From positions 11,047 to 75,046 of the IMG/VR virus record IMGVR_UViG_3300046408_000009: a DNA stretch of 64,000 nucleotides, one strand, 5' to 3'. Made by a program: the position numbers and the translations under genes. The DNA comes from a virus (Duplodnaviria > Caudoviricetes). This document shows, one piece after another, positions 38,244 to 47,292 of this stretch. The notes under the pieces are model-generated. The model did not search any database. It was not told where the DNA came from and worked only from the letters and a program-made list of their open reading frames with translations. The first letter of the stretch is position 1; each line of letters opens with the position of its first letter.

Positions 38244-38424
38244 CTCTCATCCTCTCGTCGTGGCAGATGCTACAACTCTTGCATCCACTTTTGCAATTCT
38301 GTTTTCTCCGCTGAACTCCACATCACTACTCGGCGTCCGGACCACCAGCGATGGTTCTCGTGCTCACCGCTCAGGCGGCACCGAACTGCGGGACCGGGAC
38401 CAGTGTTGACGTGTCGACAACGTT

Positions 38425-38766
38425 CTATTTCTCCCACGGACCCCATGTCTTTTCTCGTTGAAGTCGTGCAAAAACTTCGTCTCGACTGAACACGACGTCG
38501 AGTTTCGCGTTAAAGAATCGCTCGTACGCGTCCGCTGGCCAATCCTGTCCTAACACAGCGTCGTGAATGGTGCCGTTCGGATTAATGCACCACGCGTGAT
38601 CAATGCGCGGACACCCCTCACCTTGGATCGATCCGTGTACCAGTTGTGTGTTCGCGTGCATTTGCACGAACAGCGCATTCTCGCGGAAACACCACCCCAG
38701 ACGGGTCCTAAACGCGTCGTGTTGATCCGTAGTGCCTTCTGTCTGCACGTTCATGAACTCAGTCAT
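38425..38766 (-). CDS. Small papain/transglutaminase-like protein
   Basis: Putative triad GWCF...HG...DHAW...IHD. Confidence 0.5.
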   Translation of the reverse strand: MTEFMNVQTEGTTDQHDAFRTRLGWCFRENALFVQMHANTQLVHGSIQGEGCPRIDHAWCINPNGTIHDAVLGQDWPADAYERFFNAKLDVVFSRDEVFARLQREKTWGPWEK

Positions 38767-39899
38767 GCTTGAAATAATAGACGTGCAGAACAACGTCCCC
38801 TATCTGGACCGTGTCGAGAAATTTCCACCCGACCAAACCATCACCAACTGGTTCCCCGGTCATTAGGCACTGAAACACGAACGTCGCAGAAGACCCCTCT
38901 ACTAAATCTTCGTCCTTCTGTTCAATCCACACTACAACCGAGTCCCGCTGATTTTGTGCCGACAGTACTTGCGACCCCTGCGGAACTATGAACTCAGTGG
39001 GACCTCTGACGGCTAATTGATGTTTGAAAACAACCCTCATCGCGACTCTCTCAATTCCTCAAGGATCGCACGACGCTCCTGTTCGATCTTGTTGAGATCG
39101 ATACCAAAAAATTCCGCGAAGAGTTCTTCGATTCGGGCATGAATCGGCGTCAATTTCGTGTCCTCGTACTCGTCGTACTTGACCCACTCCGCAATGACGA
39201 ATTCCTTTTCGTCACGAAGCCAGTCAACAAAGCGAGTGAGGGTGTCAGCCTCACCGCTCTCAATGACAGCGTGTTGTTTATCAAGTTCTGGTGTGTTGAT
39301 CACTTAGCGTCAACCTTTCCGTTAGCCGTCCACGTAAAGGCGTTAAAGTCCGCCTTCTCTTGCTGAAGCACCGCACTGACGAGCCGGTTCGCTTCGCTCG
39401 TCGCTTCAATCGCGTTGGCGTAGTCGAGCAAAGCACCTTCGACATCAGAACTGAGTCGCAAATGGTGGACCCCGACCGCTTCACGAATCGCACCCCAGGG
39501 TTCGTTGCGTTCCCCGGCGAGACGTTGAATTGCTCGTCCCAGTGCGTTGTTGGCGGAATCCCGGTACGCGGTCCTACCCTCGGCGATGTTCGTGTTCAGC
39601 CACTCAACGACGGCTAACTGCGTAGCATCGTCACAAGCGCGGCGAGCGACCTGTGACAGTTCACTCACGCGACGTCCGTTCTCGTCCACCACGTGCGCGT
39701 CTTGCACATAATACCGCCAGTCACTCAATCCCTGAGAGTGCGTGTACCGGCTGACCTTCTGACTGAACCGAATAGTCTCACCGCGCCAGGTTCCGGAGAA
39801 GTACAAATACACCTCTTCGGTATCAATGGCGAACTGTCGACCAAACTTGATGTGGTGAGAATTCGATCCCTCGAACTTGATGTCCTTGACCTGAGTCAT
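38759..39899 (-). CDS. Three hypothetical early genes (38759-39040, 39037-39303, 39300-39899)
   Basis: Overlapping stop/start junctions; protein-like composition. Confidence 0.6.
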
Positions 39900-40044
39900 T
39901 GTCTATCTTCCTTTTCCTGGTTGTCGGTTTCCTGCTGCACATCTTCACTAACGGGGGGAAATGCTTCTAGCCACGCACACCCCTCGTGGTCCACTTGGTG
40001 CAACTCACACCACATAATCATTTTTGATTCCTTCCTTCGCAGAG

Positions 40045-40074
40045 ATCGTACCTGACTTTTTGCAAATTTGCAAA
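40045..40074 (-). promoter_or_regulatory. TTGCAA-N17-TACGAT promoter with 2 x TTTGCAAA
   Basis: Boxes at 40059-40074; -10 at 40045-40050; followed by SD aaggaagga. Confidence 0.75.
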
Positions 40075-40512
40075 TTAGTGCCCGTACAACTCCTCAGCGA
40101 TCTTGTTGTATTCGCGAGTCTGAACCGAATCGTTGATGATCCAGTGAAGTCCCGCGTAGCACTTTCCCCCGCCGCCGTACGCACCGCGCAAATCACAGTC
40201 TTGCTCGCACTCCACGCACCACCCCGCTGTTCCGGCGCACACCTCACAAAAGTCGGTGACCTTGAGAGACTTGCACCACGCGAGATTGTCGCTGTTCGTG
40301 CATTGGTGATGACGCTCGCAGATTACGAGATACTTACCATCATCTCCGCCCTCGTCCCATACCGTCAAGCCACCCTTGGCGTAAAGCGCACCGTTAGCGT
40401 GGACCGTGCGCGTATGAAACGCGAGTCCAGTACGGAACCCGTTAGGGCGAACAAACTTCGCACCACAGCCCTTCACGGGGCACTTGTAACCAGGGTACCT
40501 AGAAGCGACCAT
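40075..40512 (-). CDS. C2H2-like zinc finger + Cys-rich protein
   Basis: YKCPVKGCGAKF...LAFHTRTVH; SD GAGGAGG. Confidence 0.6.
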   Translation of the reverse strand: MVASRYPGYKCPVKGCGAKFVRPNGFRTGLAFHTRTVHANGALYAKGGLTVWDEGGDDGKYLVICERHHQCTNSDNLAWCKSLKVTDFCEVCAGTAGWCVECEQDCDLRGAYGGGGKCYAGLHWIINDSVQTREYNKIAEELYGH

Positions 40513-40747
40513 CGCGCACACCCTCCTCGTACTCGACGTCCCACTTGTGGTCCTCGATGTCGCGCTTGATGCTCGCTTCGATGGCACCCCCACTGCGGGT
40601 CTCCCACTCGTGGGTCAGGCACTTGGCTTCCCAGCGATTGTGGATGAATCCGCGAGTCCGGGGAATCAACTCGTCCTTGCCAGTCTGCCAGTCACGGCAC
40701 ACCGCGAACCACTTGATCCGGCACTTGGAAACTTGGGTCTCTGTCAC
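40499..40747 (-). CDS. Leaderless early gene
   Basis: GTG ACA 7 nt after TACACT; upstream TTGCAA-N17 and boxes at 40769-40784. Confidence 0.6.
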   Translation of the reverse strand: MTETQVSKCRIKWFAVCRDWQTGKDELIPRTRGFIHNRWEAKCLTHEWETRSGGAIEASIKRDIEDHKWDVEYEEGVRDGRF

Positions 40748-40787
40748 GTAAGTAAGTGTAGTCGAAAATTTGCAAATTTGCAAATTA

Positions 40788-41398
40788 CTAGGACAACACC
40801 GCCCTTTCGTTCACGTACTTTTCGATGGCGTCAGCGGCCACCCGGAGATCGCGAGCGACCGTCATCAGGTCGGTGCGATTCCACAGGTACTTCGGATTGA
40901 GACCCACGTTCTTCAACTCACGAGCGTTGTTGATTGCCTGTGAGAGACGTCCTCGTAATTCGGTCTTGGTCATCAGTCCATCCTCGATCCCGCGTGAGCA
41001 TTGAGACCATTCTGACGCAGCACCTCCGCGAACGCGCCGCACGCGGCTTCCTTCAATTGCATCGACTGTCCGAATTCAGCGTCACGAGATTCAGAGACGC
41101 AGTCATTACCCCACAACTGCCAACCACCGCCGTACGCGCTAGAGCCGATGCCCCCGCGACCGTACTTGCCGGGTTGTTTCTTGAGCCACGCCACGAACGC
41201 ACCGCGAGCGGGCTTGATGGTGACCCACGCGAACCCGCAGGGACCGCCAGAGCAGTACCATTGTTCACCGGTTGATTCGTCACGAACGACCATCGCACGC
41301 AAGCGCGACTTCTCGTCCTCGTACGCGGCCTGAGCCGCCTTCTGCGCCGCCTGGTAAACCTCAGCGGGGCTTAATTTCTTGGTTTGGGTGTCTGTCAT
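40788..41398 (-). CDS. Two early genes (40973-41398 conserved phage hypothetical; 40788-40973)
   Basis: CGFAWV...QSMQLKEAAC.AFAEVL...SRMD family pattern; leaderless start at 41398. Confidence 0.65.
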
Positions 41399-41476
41399 AT
41401 GAATAACTATAGTGCCAAATTTGCAAATTTGCAAAATATTTTTGCAAATTTGCAAAAAATAAACTACGATATTTAT
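41399..41476. promoter_or_regulatory. Back-to-back divergent leaderless promoters with 4 TTTGCAAA boxes
   Basis: Minus strand TTGCAA-17-TATAGT-7-ATG(41398); plus strand TTGCAA-17-TACGAT-6-ATG(41477). Confidence 0.85.
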
Positions 41477-42221
41477 ATGACAGAAACCATCAATAACCAA
41501 TCCATTCAAACCACTGAAAGGATCACTAGTTTCACCACGGTCAGCGGTTTGACCTTCAGCATTGAGGGGAAGAAATTCGTCACCCGTAAGCCCAAGGGTT
41601 TTCGTGTCGGCTTCAGCGAAGAATTAGCCTGCAGTCACCGCGACATCTCTACCTGTGACCAATGCGCGGGCACCTACGCCAACATCATCGAAGTCTACGG
41701 TACACACTACTGGGTCCGCGACTACAGCGAGTGGTTGGAGCAGGTCCGTGAGTTCGCCCTTCTCGACGCTGAGTACGCGAATGAGGAAACCAATTAATCT
41801 GCAAATTTGCAAAAATCTGCTACAATATCCGTATGAGTGAAACCAGAGAAAGGGTCCCCGTGGCCAAGACAGTGAATCAACAGATTGCCGAATTCTTAGG
41901 TGTGACCGAAGAGGTTGGCGCACGAGTTCGTGACCAGATTGATGAGTTGGGGTTGCTCGACTGGAGCGAATGCACCGACCGAGAATTTAAGGCGGCGTGC
42001 CGTGAAGCATTAGCGGACATCGCCGGATGAAATCACTCCCTCTGGATAGAGAACGATGCCACTACGATGTGACGGGTTACCCCATTGACTTCGAGAACCG
42101 ATGTATGCGACGTGCGCGTTGGGTACTTGAATCACCTACCCACGGCAAACATGAAAATTTTGCACGCAGCACGCCAATCATGGAACGTCATGGGTGGAAG
42201 AATCGAGTTGAATTCAAGTGA
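41477..42221 (+). CDS. Three small plus-strand early genes (41477-41797, 41833-42030, 42027-42221)
   Basis: Two leaderless starts after TACGAT and TACAAT; LACSHRDISTC motif. Confidence 0.6.
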
Positions 42222-42844
42222 TGAAAACACTCGAACTATTCTCCGGCACTGAATCATTCTCCAACGCCGCCCGCGAGCGCGGACACCAAACATTCACATC
42301 GGACTTCGATCCACAATTCGATAGTGACTACACCGTCGACATCATGCAACTCGATACCGCACGTCTCCCGTTCCGACCCGATGTGTTGTGGGCGAGTCCA
42401 CCATGTGAGACATTCAGCGTTGCCAGCCTTGGTCGATATTGGTGGAAGGACGAAGATGGTCTCCACCCTAGGAATGACATCGCTCGCGCGGGTATCGCCC
42501 GCGTCGAGAGAACGTTAGAGATCATCGATGAGTTACAACCAAAAGTCTGGATTATCGAGAACCCCCGTGGGGCACTGCGCAAGATGAAATTCATGCAGGA
42601 CTTTGCACGATACACCGTGACCTATTGCCAATATGGTGACGTCCGGATGAAGCCCACGGACCTGTGGTCGAATGTTGATGATCTCGTATTCAAACCGATT
42701 TGCAAAAACGGGGCACCGTGTCATATCGCTGCACCTCGCGGAAGTCAGACTGGAACGCAGGGACCTAAAAGTTACCTTGAGAAGTCTCGTGTCCCACATC
42801 AACTGTGTGTGTGTGTGGTCCAACAATTCGAGGAAAGGATGTGA
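42218..42844 (+). CDS. Compact C5-cytosine DNA methyltransferase-like protein
   Basis: LELFSG (motif I), WASPPC (IV), IIENP (VI), YCQYG...KPTDLW. Confidence 0.85.
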   Translation: MMKTLELFSGTESFSNAARERGHQTFTSDFDPQFDSDYTVDIMQLDTARLPFRPDVLWASPPCETFSVASLGRYWWKDEDGLHPRNDIARAGIARVERTLEIIDELQPKVWIIENPRGALRKMKFMQDFARYTVTYCQYGDVRMKPTDLWSNVDDLVFKPICKNGAPCHIAAPRGSQTGTQGPKSYLEKSRVPHQLCVCVVQQFEERM

Positions 42845-43032
42845 TGGACGAGTTCACTGAACGCCACCTCGCCCGCTGGATCGACGCCAGCGTGTACGAG
42901 GATGATCGGGCGCAATTCCACGCGTACGCGACCCGATGCATTAACGACGATCCGACGTACGACTGGAACTACCCCAGCCTGTACCGATCATTTCTACTTC
43001 AACAAAAAACCAACAAGAAAGAGACCACATGA
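42844..43032 (+). CDS. Small hypothetical protein
   Basis: Coupled between the MTase and the membrane protein gene. Confidence 0.5.
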   Translation: MDEFTERHLARWIDASVYEDDRAQFHAYATRCINDDPTYDWNYPSLYRSFLLQQKTNKKETT

Positions 43033-43442
43033 CTGAAAGAATTGCAACGTCCACTCGACACCGTACGGCGAGAATCATCGCCGCCGCGATTGTGATTGGC
43101 ATCTTCATCGCCATCGTTTCATCCGTGAGTTCTCACGGCGGTGGAGGCCCCTACAGCGCCCAGGTGACGAGCGTGACGCCGCTGCAGGGTCCCGGTAACT
43201 ACGTGCGCGTCGACTACACCGTGACCAACGCGGGGAGTGCGTCGGGGTCACCGTCGTGCCAGATCGACATCCAACTCAACGACGTGAACGGCAACCCCAT
43301 GGCCAGTGGATCGGACGCGATGTCGGGGACCAACACCGTCCCGGCCCACGGCTCGCAGGCGTTCTACGCCGATATCGTGGTGACGAATAACGACGCGTTC
43401 TACGTGACTAACCCGTCGATGGTGACTATCAGCGGGTGCTGA
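43029..43442 (+). CDS. Membrane-anchored Ig-like (FxLYD-like) protein
   Basis: N-terminal TM; VDYTVTNAG...CQIDIQL.D.NG...VPAHGS beta-sandwich. Confidence 0.7.
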   Translation: MTERIATSTRHRTARIIAAAIVIGIFIAIVSSVSSHGGGGPYSAQVTSVTPLQGPGNYVRVDYTVTNAGSASGSPSCQIDIQLNDVNGNPMASGSDAMSGTNTVPAHGSQAFYADIVVTNNDAFYVTNPSMVTISGC

Positions 43443-43445
43443 CGG

Positions 43446-43610
43446 CAAAGAACCCCTGACCGCTGAGTCAGGGGTTCTCCGCCAGCGTTTAGGCATCGCC
43501 ACTCCAGAAGCCTTCAGCGATCAATTAGGAAGAACTGCAACACCATCCAAAGGCTGATCCCAGAGTGTTCCTACACCCGTCGCAGTTGTCAATTGATCGT
43601 TTTCCGGCTT
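43446..43610 (-). ncRNA. Candidate structured small RNA (about 160 nt)
   Basis: Own promoter TTGCAT-17-TATGAT (43645-43617); nested stems CGAUCAAUU/AAUUGAUCG and AACUGCGAC/GUUGCAGUU closing two hairpins; terminator at the 3' end; no credible ORF. Confidence 0.65.
43449..43478. terminator. 12-bp hairpin, probable bidirectional terminator
   Basis: AGAACCCCTGAC-cgctga-GTCAGGGGTTCT between convergent transcription units. Confidence 0.8.
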
Positions 43611-43673
43611 GCAGAAATCATAGTTGATGGTTACTGCAAATGCAAATCTAACTTACGGGATCGTCGGGTGGGT

Positions 43674-44188
43674 TCATGATCGAAACTTGTGGTCGTAGAC
43701 GTTGTTGGCTGTTCCGGGGGTGTGCCAGATACTCTCTCGTACGTCATCACACCCACGGTATGTACATTTTGCGTCCGGGTCCTCAACGGCCAGCGGTGCA
43801 TTGATAATTTGCAGAATAGCGTCACGTTCATTCGCCGTCAACACATTAGAAAATTTCGAATTCTCGATCACTGCACGAATGGCGTCGAGTTTAGAAATTT
43901 GTTCGTTGTCGTTCATAGTGGCTTACCGCACGCTGGGCAGAAATTATACCCGTCGCTCTTCCATATTTTGTGCGATGCACTGTTTTGGTACCAACACTTC
44001 AACAGATCACGAGTCATTACGACGTCCTCAATTCGTTGCATAAACATCTGCGCATCGTCGGGTGTTGAAAATCCTCGAACCGTTAGGGTGACGTTTGCGC
44101 AAAATCCGTCGAGACGTTCATCAACCGCGTAGGGGACAATACTTTCGTCACGCGGGTTGGCGCGTCCGAATTCGTCCCATTCCATCAT
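43674..44188 (-). CDS. Two small hypothetical genes (43674-43916 and 43913-44188)
   Basis: ATGA-coupled; Cys/His ends. Confidence 0.55.
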
Positions 44189-44829
44189 GGATTCGCTTTC
44201 TTAAACTGTTGCGCGAACTTCTGGCTACAGAGACTTCGAAGATCGGCGTCGGTGTGTACAGAATCTACAAACGGCGCGAACTCTTTTATGCGATGCACCA
44301 TGCTTTTATGTTCAACGGACAGTGCCGGTTTTCTCCCCGGTCGCTTCCAGAACGAATCAATTTTGTTAGGAACTTCTTCAAAGGTTTTGTATAGTTTAGG
44401 TGGTGGATTAAACACTCCCCATAGTGCCGTCTTTTTAGTCCAGGGACTTCCGTATTCATAGGGTTGATATGTCCAATCAGGCTTCCCTAGGAAATCACGC
44501 AGACGCCCCGTGGCCGGGTTTTCGATCACCCACCAGACGGGTGACGATGCGTCGATAATTCGTAGACACTCATTGACCAATGCCATTCCATTTTCAGGAC
44601 TACGCGCCTTCCCGCCTTGACGAGCGGTGGAAAACTCTGTACAGACCGGATTGGCAATAATTCCGTGAACCTCCTGAGGAGGGCAATAGTTTTCAACTCC
44701 TATATCTTTCCCGATGCGAATGACGTGATAATCAGGATCAACTTGGTAAGGCCACGAATCGCTGCCCGTGTCCGCGCATAGATGAAGAATTGTTTTCAAT
44801 TTCGTCTTTCGTCTTTCGTCTCTGGTCAT
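44185..44829 (-). CDS. Second compact C5-MTase-like protein
   Basis: ILHLCAD, IANPVCTEFS, WWVIENP, YGSPWTKKTALWG; start set at the ATGA overlap 44829. Confidence 0.75.
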   Translation of the reverse strand: MTRDERRKTKLKTILHLCADTGSDSWPYQVDPDYHVIRIGKDIGVENYCPPQEVHGIIANPVCTEFSTARQGGKARSPENGMALVNECLRIIDASSPVWWVIENPATGRLRDFLGKPDWTYQPYEYGSPWTKKTALWGVFNPPPKLYKTFEEVPNKIDSFWKRPGRKPALSVEHKSMVHRIKEFAPFVDSVHTDADLRSLCSQKFAQQFKKANP

Positions 44830-45143
44830 GGCTTCAACGTCATCACGCAATTGATCACGTCGCCCGTGATTTTCCGGTCCTCGTGTTCGATCTCCAACGC
44901 GATGCGTGGCAGAGAACCGACCACCAAATTGTCGGCTCGCCCGCGCAACAGACTGTACGAAACATTCTCCTCGCGCACAAGTTCGATCTTCACTCGCGGC
45001 CAAACGCCGCGCCGTACCTTGTCCGCGAGTTCTCGCAGAGTGACGATTGCGCTATCCACATCACTGTCGTTCCCCGTGAGGGGACGGGGTCCGAGTTCAG
45101 AGATGGCTAAGTAGATGTCGGTAAGGATTTCGTCTTTCGTCAT
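44826..45143 (-). CDS. Leaderless early hypothetical gene
   Basis: ATG 7 nt after TACACT, with a TTGCAA/TCTGCAAA element upstream. Confidence 0.6.
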   Translation of the reverse strand: MTKDEILTDIYLAISELGPRPLTGNDSDVDSAIVTLRELADKVRRGVWPRVKIELVREENVSYSLLRGRADNLVVGSLPRIALEIEHEDRKITGDVINCVMTLKP

Positions 45144-45263
45144 GGTTCGAGTGTAGCAGGTTTTTGCAGATTGCAAATACAAAACCCTCACCAACTTTTG
45201 AGCCAGAGGCTCAGGTCGATGAGGGTTCTGCCTTATCAGCGTAGCACCTGGGAACTTTCGCAT

Positions 45264-45584
45264 TTACGGACGCGGTTTACGGACCCGAATCTTCTCGCCG
45301 TTACGCGGAGTGGGGACGGAATGTCCCAGCGCGATGGCCTCGATGCGCCGCGCGAGCCACGTCGAATTCTGCGCCCACTCGCGAGCGTTCTGGTGGCCCT
45401 TGCGTGAGTTGCAGGGGTAGCACGCCGCCACGAGATTATGCAGCGCCTGCGTGCCGCCGTGCTTGACCGCGAGCACGTGATCAACGGTGGACGTCTCGCG
45501 CGTGATCGATACGCCGCACCAGTAGCAGCGCCCACCGCTGAGTTGAAATATTTGCAACTTGCGAGACCGCTTCACGTAGGACAT
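45264..45584 (-). CDS. HNH endonuclease
   Basis: RCYWCG...TVDHVLA...GG...NLVAACYPCNSRKG; start set at MSYVKR. Confidence 0.9.
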   Translation of the reverse strand: MSYVKRSRKLQIFQLSGGRCYWCGVSITRETSTVDHVLAVKHGGTQALHNLVAACYPCNSRKGHQNAREWAQNSTWLARRIEAIALGHSVPTPRNGEKIRVRKPRP

Positions 45585-45663
45585 CGATTGAGCATATCCG
45601 GGGAGGTCCGCAGTCCCCACCGCCCATCCCCGTGAAGTGGGGACCGCAGACGCGCAGAGTGTA

Positions 45664-46908
45664 TCAGTGTTGGGGGTCCGCCGCTTGTGCAATCCGACCT
45701 TCGATAATTGGGTAGTAGTCCTCAGTGATCTCACAGCCCACCCACTCGAATCCTTCGAGGATCGCTGCCGCCGCCGTCGTGCCGGAACCCAAGAATGGAT
45801 CGAGCACTTTGCCACCCGGTGGCGTCACGAGGTTGATGAGGTAGCGCATTAGTGCGAGCGGCTTGACGGTGGGGTGGTGGTTCTTGTCCTCGACTCCAGC
45901 ACTTCGTTCGGACTTGCTGGCTTTAGCGCAATAGAAGAATCGAGCAGCGGAACCATCGTCGTTGTACTCAGTACCCGTTGCTGTCATCCCCCAGCCTTTT
46001 CCATTTGCACCACTGCGCGGTTTACCTTTACGTGACGGTTTTACTGATGGGAATGCGTTGAGCACTTCGTCGCTACCGTCGTGGATGATGTTGGCGGGCC
46101 ATCGGCCCTCCGGCAGTTCATAGCGGGTGGCAGCGCCCTTACTGTAAACTCCGTTTGCGCCAATGGTTCCAACGGTGTGTGGGTTCTTTGCATAAATCGA
46201 ATCATCCTTGGATTCAATCAGTACGCGTGAGGCGTCAATGTTCAGTGCCCCCGTACCATACTCCAAAACGTTCTTCACCACCGTCCCGACGAGGGGCTTC
46301 CGAGCGACGACGATTGGTTCGTGAGCGGGCTTGAGCGCCGTACCCCAGCCTTGCCATTTTTGTGCGTCGGGTGTCGATTCGCCCTTGCGAGTGAGTTGGT
46401 TGTTTGTGTTGTTGTACCCTCCGGCACCATCTGGGTTCATGAACCCAACACCGCTCGCAGGTTTCGATGTGAACTCAACACCAGCCGACTTGTCGATGGC
46501 CTTGGATACGTCCATAGACTTCGGGAACCCCGAGCCATACAGCCACATGATCTGATCGCGTATCTCAAACCCCGCATCCTCGATTGAACTGGCGATTCGG
46601 TGATAGGTTCGCGATCCACCAAACGCGAGCAAGTGACCACCCGGCTTCAAGACGCGCAGGGCTTCGACCCAGAGAGCGACATTATAGGCGATTCCCGAAT
46701 TGTCCCAGGATTTTCCCATAAAGCCGAGTTCGTAGGGTGGATCGGTGACGATGGAATCGACACTGTTAGCGTCGAGCGTCTTTAGTAGAACGAGGCAGTC
46801 ACCCCGGAGTAGTCCTACTTGCAAATGTTGGTCCGGCGGTCCCACCCAAAAATCATCTTCGTCGTACTCGTCAACATCGATCAAAACTGCGGGTTCGTCG
46901 TTCGTCAT
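45664..46908 (-). CDS. N4/N6 DNA methyltransferase (beta class)
   Basis: VTDPPY, LKPGGHL, HPTVKPLALM, VLDPFLGSGTT. Confidence 0.95.
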   Translation of the reverse strand: MTNDEPAVLIDVDEYDEDDFWVGPPDQHLQVGLLRGDCLVLLKTLDANSVDSIVTDPPYELGFMGKSWDNSGIAYNVALWVEALRVLKPGGHLLAFGGSRTYHRIASSIEDAGFEIRDQIMWLYGSGFPKSMDVSKAIDKSAGVEFTSKPASGVGFMNPDGAGGYNNTNNQLTRKGESTPDAQKWQGWGTALKPAHEPIVVARKPLVGTVVKNVLEYGTGALNIDASRVLIESKDDSIYAKNPHTVGTIGANGVYSKGAATRYELPEGRWPANIIHDGSDEVLNAFPSVKPSRKGKPRSGANGKGWGMTATGTEYNDDGSAARFFYCAKASKSERSAGVEDKNHHPTVKPLALMRYLINLVTPPGGKVLDPFLGSGTTAAAAILEGFEWVGCEITEDYYPIIEGRIAQAADPQH

Positions 46909-47159
46909 TGAGATGAGAGTGTATCAGATCATTTGCAAATCAGTGCGTGCAAAAACTACTGCATACTCTGGTGGGATTCAATCTCTCTGGTAGCCCTCAC
47001 GTACGCCGCACATCCTCGCGGATTTGCAAGAATCTTTTCTCTTAATTGCTGCGCAGTGATCTGCGCCCGAGCGTATTCATCAAGTGTTGGTTCACTCTCG
47101 CTCACCTGTCGTGAGTCGACCGGAATGTCACATGGTGCCATGTCGGTGATCGTAGCAGA

Positions 47160-47257
47160 TTGACCGGGTGGGATTCGAACCCACGTGACCCTCGCCGTCG
47201 CTCGGACCATCACCTACGTTGGGTGTCCCTTTTTGACCAGACTCCGGGCACCGACAA
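47160..47257 (-). tRNA. Degenerate tRNA-like element (class II body, non-canonical anticodon arm)
   Basis: Perfect T arm GTGGG-TTCGAAT-CCCAC; Tyr-like D arm TG-CCC...GGTC...GGG-A; bulged acceptor stem TTGTCGG/CCGGTCAA; CACC-CAACGTA-GGTG anticodon hairpin; no encoded CCA. Confidence 0.5.
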
Positions 47258-47292
47258 CCTGCGTGCAGGAAACCTCCTGCAGAAAAAGTGTA

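Noticed and set aside
43248-43502. 84-aa minus-strand ORF downstream of the structured RNA
   Set aside because: It crosses a strong terminator hairpin, is antisense to a clear gene, and has an Arg/His/Val-rich shadow composition.
43500-43530. ydaO/c-di-AMP riboswitch (ATCGCTGAA match)
   Set aside because: The other conserved segments are absent, and no sense ORF follows.
44185-45815. Longer ORF-track starts (e.g. 45003, 45263, 45815; likewise 41509, 37085, 32769, 19422)
   Set aside because: The extensions overlap upstream genes or promoters. Downstream starts have ATGA coupling, an SD or leaderless -10 spacing, so I used those.
47160-47257. Functional canonical tRNA (Tyr-GTA or Arg-ACG)
   Set aside because: The anticodon stem has only 4 bp, there is no U33, and the acceptor stem is bulged. 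Retained only as tRNA-like.
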